This document shows positions 58,217-64,000 of a stretch of DNA of 64,000 nt, piece by piece. The DNA is from an uncultured Gammaproteobacteria bacterium (GTDB lineage: Bacteria > Patescibacteriota > Microgenomatia > JALYQM01), in NCBI GenBank assembly GCA_964403585.1, contig CAYOFQ010000001.1, forward strand, positions 1,088,826 through 1,152,825, given 5' to 3'. Below the pieces are notes generated by a model, which worked only from the letters and a program-made list of their open reading frames with translations, was not told the DNA's origin and did no database searches. A program made the translations under genes and the position numbers. Each line of letters starts with the position of its first letter. Position 1 is the stretch's first letter.

Positions 58217-59275
58217 TTATGCGCTAAACAATTCCCCGTCAGGGAACCAGATTGTTTCCTGGATAGTCGCAACATCCGCAAAAAGCATCACGATACGATC
58301 AATCCCGACAGCAATTCCTGCCGCATCTGGCATACCTGCCTTGAGCGCATCAATAAAGTCTTCATCCAAATCATACATTTTCTTACCCAGAGATTTTCGC
58401 TCCTCCCATTCGGCTCGCAAACGTTCCTCCTGCTCTACCGGATCATTAAGCTCCGAAAAAGCATTGCCGATTTCCTTACCTAATATATAGTACTCAAACC
58501 GCTCGGCATACAGCGGGTTATCTTTTTTCTTTCGGGAAAGCGCCGCCATACTTGCCGGATAGTCATACAAAATTGTCGGTTTGGTGTATCCCAGATGAGG
58601 TTCAATCTCATTTAAGAATATCTGATTAAAAACCTGTTCCCAGGTTGTGTTTTCATCAACAGCATATCCCTTCGACCGCCCGATCTTCCGCATCGCACTG
58701 CTATCCTGTAAATCAGCTTCCGCAACGCCGGCATATTTGTTAAACGCTTCGATGATCGAAATTCGCTCCCATGGTGCAGATATATCTATTTCCTGCCCCT
58801 GATACCTCAAAATACGCCTGCCATCAGCAGAATCACCATGCAAAGCATCGTAAATCCACTCGGTCATCAACTCGCAGTCCTTCATAATATCTGTGTAGTC
58901 AGCGTGAGTTCGGTACCACTCCATAATAGTGAATTCCGGATTATGAGTAGAACTGCGCAAGTCCTCCCCATTGCGAAACGACTTACAGATCTGAAATATG
59001 CGAGGCAGCCCGGCAACCAACAATTTTTTCATTGCATATTCGGGGGAAGTGGTCAGAAACGCCCGATACCTTTTTCCCGGGGCGTCCAATAATTCAGTTT
59101 CAAATACTTCCAAGTATGGCTCCATTCCGGGAGCTTTTACCATCAGGGGAGTTTCGACCTCATGAAAATCCTGAGCACGGAAAAATTCCCGGATTGCGTT
59201 AATGACCTTCTCCCGCATCAGAAATGTTTCAAAACGTAACTGTCCATCACGTAATTTTTGCCAGTTTTTCTTCAT
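58217..59275 (-). CDS. epmA: EF-P lysine lysyltransferase EpmA (PoxA/GenX; truncated class II LysRS paralog)
   Basis: Class II aaRS catalytic core (FRNGEDLRSSTHNPEFTIMEWY ... GIAVGIDRIVML) with no anticodon-binding domain. Adjacent to efp. Confidence 0.85.
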   Translation of the reverse strand: MKKNWQKLRDGQLRFETFLMREKVINAIREFFRAQDFHEVETPLMVKAPGMEPYLEVFETELLDAPGKRYRAFLTTSPEYAMKKLLVAGLPRIFQICKSFRNGEDLRSSTHNPEFTIMEWYRTHADYTDIMKDCELMTEWIYDALHGDSADGRRILRYQGQEIDISAPWERISIIEAFNKYAGVAEADLQDSSAMRKIGRSKGYAVDENTTWEQVFNQIFLNEIEPHLGYTKPTILYDYPASMAALSRKKKDNPLYAERFEYYILGKEIGNAFSELNDPVEQEERLRAEWEERKSLGKKMYDLDEDFIDALKAGMPDAAGIAVGIDRIVMLFADVATIQETIWFPDGELFSA

Positions 59276-59305
59276 AAACGTGACTATGATACCATAACAA
59301 ACCTG

Positions 59306-59722
59306 ATGAAAGAAAATAAATACAGTCGCTTACCTGAAAAAGAAGCCAAATTACACAAACTCGCCGATCGGGCACAGCTACTACTATTCATAGTAATTCT
59401 GGTGGCCGGGATAGCCGAATACTGGCCGTATTTCCATGGAGACTCTGAAATAGATAAAAGTGTTTACAGAATTATATCTGAAGGAGGAACTCCTGACCTG
59501 ACGTTATTTGTAAAAAGAAATGATGCCTCAAACTTAGCTGAAATGCATACGCCACAGGAAGTTGAAACAATCCACCAGGCAGCAGCAGTAGTACGCAGGA
59601 TATGCCAGCCGACTAGCGAAGAAACAATCTATACACCCCATCTGGATTTTTATTTCCCGGATAATCAGGCAGCCCGCAGATGTCTTGATTTACTGAGTGA
59701 AAGCGGTCAATTACCGGACTGA
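59306..59722 (+). CDS. hypothetical single-TM protein (start placed at the internal ATG; the track ORF begins at 59258)
   Basis: TM helix LLLFIVILVAGIAEYW. A plus-strand ORF wedged between two minus-strand genes, overlapping the truB 3' end by 16 nt. Confidence 0.4.
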   Translation: MKENKYSRLPEKEAKLHKLADRAQLLLFIVILVAGIAEYWPYFHGDSEIDKSVYRIISEGGTPDLTLFVKRNDASNLAEMHTPQEVETIHQAAAVVRRICQPTSEETIYTPHLDFYFPDNQAARRCLDLLSESGQLPD

Positions 59723-60450
59723 TGAAAAACCCGTGTTCTTTTTAAACTGAAAACGAGCAACGGTATCCCAAGTCGTTTCCCAATGTCATCGACAAAGGTG
59801 CGCACATAAAAACCACTGGTTACAGTCAGTTCAAACGTTAACAGCGTAAATTCATCCTGCCGGGTGCGTGAAAGAAACTCCCGCCATGATGCAACAACCT
59901 TGTCCAGCCTGAATCGTTCTCCAATATTCCTTTCCATATTATCAATTTCCTGAGTTAAATAATCTTTGGGAACAGTTTGTTCTGAAATAAAATTGCTGGC
60001 AAGAATCTCCACATTGTTAGCGGGTCGCCGTTCTGCCGGTATCTCTACTCCATTGAGCATCCACCACCACAACCGCTTACCATCAACTTTTCGGTTTGAA
60101 TGCATCGGCACGGTTTGATTAAACTTTTGTTCGTGACTCAAGAAATGTTCGACAATCAGATTTGAGTTATTATCCGGATTTCTAAATTCCTTTACGATAC
60201 CTAGCAAATCACTACTATCGGTCGATATCCCCACCAGCACACCAACCTCATACGTTTTTTTAGAACCGGTAAAATCATTCCGGTTCTTATTCTCGGATTC
60301 GCCCACCAATACCGGCAACACACCCTCCGCCATCGGATCAAGAATGCCATTGTAACTCAACACTTCCTCTTTAAGTTCAGGACGGAAAGCACGCAATTCT
60401 TCCAATGCTTGTAAACAGGTTTGGTATTTCTTTTTATATACTTCAATCAT
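59707..60450 (-). CDS. truB: tRNA pseudouridine synthase, TruB family (divergent N-terminus)
   Basis: Catalytic-Asp motif GILDPMAEGVLPVLVGE, and regions resembling E. coli TruB (KKTYEVGVLVGISTDSSDLLGIV, GFYVRTFVDDIGKRLG). Confidence 0.7.
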   Translation of the reverse strand: MIEVYKKKYQTCLQALEELRAFRPELKEEVLSYNGILDPMAEGVLPVLVGESENKNRNDFTGSKKTYEVGVLVGISTDSSDLLGIVKEFRNPDNNSNLIVEHFLSHEQKFNQTVPMHSNRKVDGKRLWWWMLNGVEIPAERRPANNVEILASNFISEQTVPKDYLTQEIDNMERNIGERFRLDKVVASWREFLSRTRQDEFTLLTFELTVTSGFYVRTFVDDIGKRLGIPLLVFSLKRTRVFHQSGN

Positions 60451-60479
60451 ATACTTTGGGCATAAGGAGATTTTACACT

Positions 60480-60803
60480 ATGAGCGCCTACCCTACCGCC
60501 TTTACCCTGGGACTCGAATTACAATGGAGCAAAAAAGACCCGGCCGAGTTACAACGTGCATATGCTGCCCGGGACATGGGATTAACCCTGGGATTAATGA
60601 TTCAGTCAAAACCGGAGTTCAGCGATCGCCGGGACATGATTACTCGACTCGATAGAGTCCTTCTTGATGCGCAGCAGGATACCCAAGCCCGACAGGATTT
60701 ACAGGACTTAAATGACAAGTTAGGGCTTGGATTAGATTTACAACCACTTGAAAGCGATGAGCACCGTTTTTATTTTCTCGATGCCGCACGACGGCTGCTA
60801 TAG
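60480..60803 (+). CDS. hypothetical protein (107 aa from the ATG at 60480)
   Basis: SD AAGGAG lies 10 nt upstream of ATG 60480. The longer track ORF from 60405 would overlap the truB start. Confidence 0.5.
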   Translation: MSAYPTAFTLGLELQWSKKDPAELQRAYAARDMGLTLGLMIQSKPEFSDRRDMITRLDRVLLDAQQDTQARQDLQDLNDKLGLGLDLQPLESDEHRFYFLDAARRLL

Positions 60804-61015
60804 GAATAGGAAAAAATGAAGAATTACATAGAGCGCTAGACATAAACCTGCCACCGGGCGAACGTGAAGACACAGTTATGGGATATCTGCGAATCCAACG
60901 GGAAGAACTGCGGTTTTTCAGGGATCAAATTAAAACATCCATCGAAGGCGTTCGGCAACTACCTGAAGGCAATCGACTACTGAGAGATGGCGAAGGAGAA
61001 ATATAAGCGCGCTAC

Positions 61016-61044
61016 TTGACGCAGTATTAAATACCCGCTAGTAT
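61016..61044 (+). promoter_or_regulatory. sigma70-like promoter giving a (near-)leaderless transcript for the 61053 gene
   Basis: TTGACG (61016-61021), 17-nt spacer, TAGTAT (61039-61044). The ATG at 61053 is 9 nt after the -10 element, and there is no SD. Confidence 0.3.
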
Positions 61045-61052
61045 ACCAAGTT

Positions 61053-61625
61053 ATGAACAACAATCTGCCCGATGATCTCAACCAATTACCAAATCAAGAA
61101 AAAGCCGACGATGTTACACTTGATAGCGCCGAAAATTCCAATCTTTCAACTGCCGCACCAATCGGCATGGGTACATTCAACGATTCGTATGATGTCCCTG
61201 CCGACAACGACGCCGATGCAACAGATGAAAATGTCGACTTCGCACTTTCTTCATTAGAAAATGTTATTCGACAACGCTTAAGCATTATTGAAAAATCCCA
61301 GCTCGAAGTATCCGAACTTTCCACCCAACTTAAAGACATCATGGCCAACAGTGAGGAATATTACAAAGCAGACAAAGCCGCGAAAGAAGCCCAAAAGATA
61401 AAGAAACAGGTTAAAGCAACCATCATGGGCACCGCTGAAGCAAAAATGCTGCAGGGCAAATATGACGAGGCCAAGGAAATGCTTAAGGATCAAATGGGGT
61501 CGCTCTCGGACATGCTCGTTGAATACTACGAGACTATGCGCGTTAAGGAAATTGACGACGCCGAAGGTAACACTCGCGACCTGGTCGTTAAAGTCTCTAT
61601 CGCACCACCCAAACGACAAAAATAA
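61053..61625 (+). CDS. hypothetical acidic protein (190 aa)
   Basis: Acidic, low-complexity N-terminal third followed by a predicted helical C-terminal domain. No recognisable motifs. Confidence 0.5.
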   Translation: MNNNLPDDLNQLPNQEKADDVTLDSAENSNLSTAAPIGMGTFNDSYDVPADNDADATDENVDFALSSLENVIRQRLSIIEKSQLEVSELSTQLKDIMANSEEYYKADKAAKEAQKIKKQVKATIMGTAEAKMLQGKYDEAKEMLKDQMGSLSDMLVEYYETMRVKEIDDAEGNTRDLVVKVSIAPPKRQK

Positions 61626-61640
61626 ATTTAAATGAAATAG

Positions 61641-62957
61641 TTATCCCATGAGGTCAAGCAAATTCTTGACCTCTTTTTGTGGCTCGTCACCGGATTCCAG
61701 TTCTAAACCACGTACATCCGGCAAAGCCGATCCAACCAGTCCCTGCATTTCGCCATACATACGGGAAGTATTAACTGCCAATCGGGCCAACTGCATCTCC
61801 CGCTTTTTCCAAATACGTTCCTGCACATTTTTCTCTTTTTCCAGATCCTCACGCATCCCGGTAAATACCTCGACAATCGCTTCAATCTTCTGTTTAAATT
61901 CATGCCCGATTAAGTAGTTATAGAGCATTTCCATTTTTTCACCTTTACCTGCTGATGCATTCCGTTCATAGGCTATATATATGAGCTGGTGACGCAGTGC
62001 AGTTGCCAAGCCGGCCAAACATTCATAATTAGTAACCCAGATTCCATCCTTCATTCCAAATGTGTCCAAACCATCCGGCATTGTTTGCGAAGCTAATACT
62101 GCAATGTGTCCTTTATAAGTACGCAAATCCTCGCGTAGTTTTGGCAGCCAGTCCGATTGCCAAGTCTTAGTATGTTTGGATTCCCACAAAATAACACCAC
62201 AGGTGCGACCATATTGGTCCCGAACTTTTTGCGCCACATCGGCACCAAATTTCCCTTTACCAATCGGTTCAACAATATCCATCGGAAAAAGTTCGCCCAA
62301 CAGCGATTCAAGTTCCAACTCCTGGATCTCTCCCCGGATCTGCACAGAACTTTCCGTTGCCTTCATTTGCAATTCTTCAATCTTCTTGCGCAGGTCGTCA
62401 TTCATCTTGTCACGTTCTTTAATTTGCATTTCGTATTGCTCGGCAGCCATTTTCTGTGCTTTAGAAAAAGCCATTTTAATTTCCTCGCCTAACCGTTTTT
62501 CCGACTCAATACGGAGTTCACGCTCTTTTTCATCTTTATCGCGCAGCTGCTTCATAAGCTGCAATAACGCTTCCTGATCTTTCTTACGCAACTCTTCTGC
62601 TTCTTTCAACCGATTAAGCATATCTTTGTTTTGTGTTGCATTCTCTTCTTCAATTTTTTTCTTAATCTCCGACTCCTGCAATAGCATTTGTTCATGCATT
62701 TTTTCAACGAGTGAAGATTCCAGGCGTTTTTTTTCTGACTCCAGTTGCTCCTGCTGTTTTTTACTCTGATCTTCCATCAATTGTTTAAACCGTAACGCTT
62801 CTTTTTCTTTTTCAGCAACCAGAAGTTCGAACTTTTTCTTTTCAGCATCAGCTTGCGCTTTCAATTCTTTCCGTATTTGTCCGGATACTTGAGACATTAA
62901 CGCCTGAGTGACTTGTATTGAGGTTCCACATGAAGGACACAGCAAATCATCTGTCAT
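61641..62957 (-). CDS. DUF2130-like protein: N-terminal zinc ribbon, long coiled coil, C-terminal PD-(D/E)xK-like domain
   Basis: CPSCG at the N-terminus, ~200 aa of E/K-rich heptad-like sequence, then a C-terminal domain with candidate D...D...ExK residues (MDIVEP, GADVAQ, ILWESKHTK). Confidence 0.6.
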   Translation of the reverse strand: MTDDLLCPSCGTSIQVTQALMSQVSGQIRKELKAQADAEKKKFELLVAEKEKEALRFKQLMEDQSKKQQEQLESEKKRLESSLVEKMHEQMLLQESEIKKKIEEENATQNKDMLNRLKEAEELRKKDQEALLQLMKQLRDKDEKERELRIESEKRLGEEIKMAFSKAQKMAAEQYEMQIKERDKMNDDLRKKIEELQMKATESSVQIRGEIQELELESLLGELFPMDIVEPIGKGKFGADVAQKVRDQYGRTCGVILWESKHTKTWQSDWLPKLREDLRTYKGHIAVLASQTMPDGLDTFGMKDGIWVTNYECLAGLATALRHQLIYIAYERNASAGKGEKMEMLYNYLIGHEFKQKIEAIVEVFTGMREDLEKEKNVQERIWKKREMQLARLAVNTSRMYGEMQGLVGSALPDVRGLELESGDEPQKEVKNLLDLMG

Positions 62958-63024
62958 AGTTACACCATACTAGCAAATATAACCCGAATTACAAGACGAT
63001 GAAATTACCGTATTGGTCGCAACA

Positions 63025-63057
63025 AAAAAACCTCTTGATTCGTCAAGAGGTTTTTTT
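63025..63057 (-). terminator. rho-independent terminator, bidirectional architecture (A-run/stem/T-run)
   Basis: Stem CCTCTTGA/TCAAGAGG with loop TTCG, flanked by A7 and T7. Downstream of the aquaporin gene and the small peptide ORF on the minus strand. Confidence 0.8.
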
Positions 63058-63073
63058 GTAATTCCACATCAAA

Positions 63074-63142
63074 CTACTTTTTATCTTTTTTAGGTTTTTT
63101 CTTATTTTTGTTACCTTTATCTCGATTGTCACCTTTTGCCAT
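63074..63142 (-). CDS. 22-aa lysine-rich peptide ORF (MAKGDNRDKGNKNKKKPKKDKK)
   Basis: SD AAAGGAG lies 10 nt upstream of the ATG. Stop is 14 nt before the bidirectional terminator. Too short for the ORF track. Confidence 0.3.
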   Translation of the reverse strand: MAKGDNRDKGNKNKKKPKKDKK

Positions 63143-63223
63143 ATAGATCACACTCCTTTACAGATCATTAAAGATTCGGTATGTATATATTATTTTGTCA
63201 CAATCAAAAAATAAATCAAGCGA

Positions 63224-63844
63224 TTAGTCGCGTACCAATCCCCAATACAAATATTGACCGAGAACGCCACCAAGCAACGGTGCAACAACATACTGCCATG
63301 AGTATATTTGAGCTGCTAATGCAACGGCAGGATTTAAAATACCACCGCTAACCGGTTCAGCTAAAAGTATCCCAATTGTCAGGGCCAAACCAATAACAAA
63401 CCCTGACAGTGCCGGCGGGACATGCTTTCGCACAACTGCCGCAACTGCAAAAGATAAAATAAAAGCACCGAGCATTTCATACAACCATTCGTTACTGTGC
63501 GCTTCATTAAATTGTGTTTCCATTGCCAGAAAATGCACACTTACCCAGAAAGCGATAAATGCTCCGATAATTTGACCACACATATTTACTATCGCATGTT
63601 TCCAGGATAATAATTTACTGGCAACTAGACCTAGCGTTACACTGGGATTAAACTGACCTCCACTGATACCACCAACCAGGTAAATCATTAATCCGATCCA
63701 TGCACCCACTACAACCGGTGTCCAATCAACACGAGCCCCACCACTAAGCGTCAGGATAATAAGCGAAAGGAAAAAAGTTCCGATAAATTCGGCGAAAAAA
63801 CTTTGTATTAATCGTCTTGTTGAGATTTTTGTATGATCAGCCAT
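63224..63844 (-). CDS. MIP-family channel (aquaporin/glycerol facilitator-like), compact 206 aa
   Basis: Two half-repeats with GGQFNPSVT (NPS in place of the first NPA) and GGILNPAVA, and six TM helices. Confidence 0.85.
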   Translation of the reverse strand: MADHTKISTRRLIQSFFAEFIGTFFLSLIILTLSGGARVDWTPVVVGAWIGLMIYLVGGISGGQFNPSVTLGLVASKLLSWKHAIVNMCGQIIGAFIAFWVSVHFLAMETQFNEAHSNEWLYEMLGAFILSFAVAAVVRKHVPPALSGFVIGLALTIGILLAEPVSGGILNPAVALAAQIYSWQYVVAPLLGGVLGQYLYWGLVRD

Positions 63845-63865
63845 AGCACAACTATATCATAAATT

Positions 63866-63900
63866 CCAAAAATGGGCAGGTGTTTTTTAATCACCTGCCC
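63866..63900 (-). terminator. rho-independent terminator for the partial gene at the window's right edge
   Basis: Stem GGGCAGGTG/CACCTGCCC with a 9-nt loop, followed on the minus strand by ATTTTTGG. Confidence 0.7.
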
Positions 63901-63920
63901 ATTGCCCAGAGAAAGTAAAC

Positions 63921-64000
63921 CTATTCGTTATTCGTCATCAGATTTTCGTCCGCCACCGGAATTCTGTCCGCCTTTGGATCCAATATCCTGGTAGAAAGAA
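63921..64000 (-). CDS. C-terminal end of a gene that begins beyond the right edge of the window
   Basis: Open frame on the minus strand ending ...LMTNNE with stop TAG at 63923..63921, followed by a terminator. Confidence 0.3.
   Translation of the reverse strand, partial: LSTRILDPKADRIPVADENLMTNNE

Noticed and set aside
60889-61017. 42-aa plus-strand ORF (MGYLRIQREELRFFRDQIKTSIEGVRQLPEGNRLLRDGEGEI) in the 60804-61052 spacer
   Set aside because: No SD. It overlaps the proposed promoter of the 61053 gene. Too short to support.
1-64000. Scan for CRISPR arrays, IS elements, integrases, rRNA and tRNA genes
   Set aside because: No direct-repeat/spacer arrays, no transposase or integrase-like ORFs, and no rRNA- or tRNA-like sequences were found by eye in any intergenic region.

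Overview
The window is a gene-dense bacterial chromosomal segment, mostly coding on the minus strand, with moderate-to-low GC. I could not find any rRNA, tRNA, CRISPR array, transposase or integrase. The reduced gene content (short IF2, minimal SUF, many glycosyltransferases, many small unknown proteins) suggests a small-genome uncultivated lineage, possibly CPR/Patescibacteria-like, but that is inference. Blocks in order: (1) a TsaC(YrdC/Sua5)-TsaE fusion, YtxH/DUF948 membrane proteins, a RodZ-like protein, FtsK; (2) an RNA-metabolism and translation core of RNase J, a Lon-like AAA+ ATPase without a protease domain, PNPase, S15, a degenerate DHH (NrnA-like) protein with a P/Q/Y-rich tail, short IF2, YlxR and NusA; (3) an AT-rich islet of unknown small genes, then 2-oxoacid:ferredoxin oxidoreductase KorAB, a polyprenyl synthase and TrxB; (4) a ~16 kb cell-envelope glycosylation locus (several GT4 and GT2 genes, an ArnT/PMT-like GT-C, a Wzy/WaaL-like protein, a hexapeptide acetyltransferase, a NUDIX hydrolase, a secreted metallophosphoesterase, with pyrH embedded); (5) YggT, a DsbA-like protein, ferredoxin, SufU, SufS, a truncated SufB/D-like protein and three unknown proteins; (6) a heat-shock cluster hrcA-grpE-dnaK-dnaJ with a CIRCE-like operator and a divergent HspR-like MerR regulator; (7) a PAS histidine kinase plus a standalone receiver, preceded by a nested-stem structured RNA leader with an intrinsic terminator (riboswitch-like); (8) a 1215-aa secreted PQQ-propeller-PKD-4xPA14 surface protein; (9) a GC-richer small secreted-protein gene flanked by CTGCGCAG palindromes; (10) efp-epmA, a TruB-family synthase, a DUF2130-like coiled-coil/nuclease-like protein, an acidic unknown, a 22-aa Lys-rich peptide ORF and an NPS/NPA aquaporin. 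The best candidates for undescribed biology are the unknown-gene cluster fused to a reduced SUF operon (42990-46320), the riboswitch-like leader of the HK/REC operon, and the Arg/Gly-rich disordered tails on RNase J and PNPase beside a protease-less Lon ATPase. Domain calls for unknown proteins are provisional, and most need homology searches to confirm.
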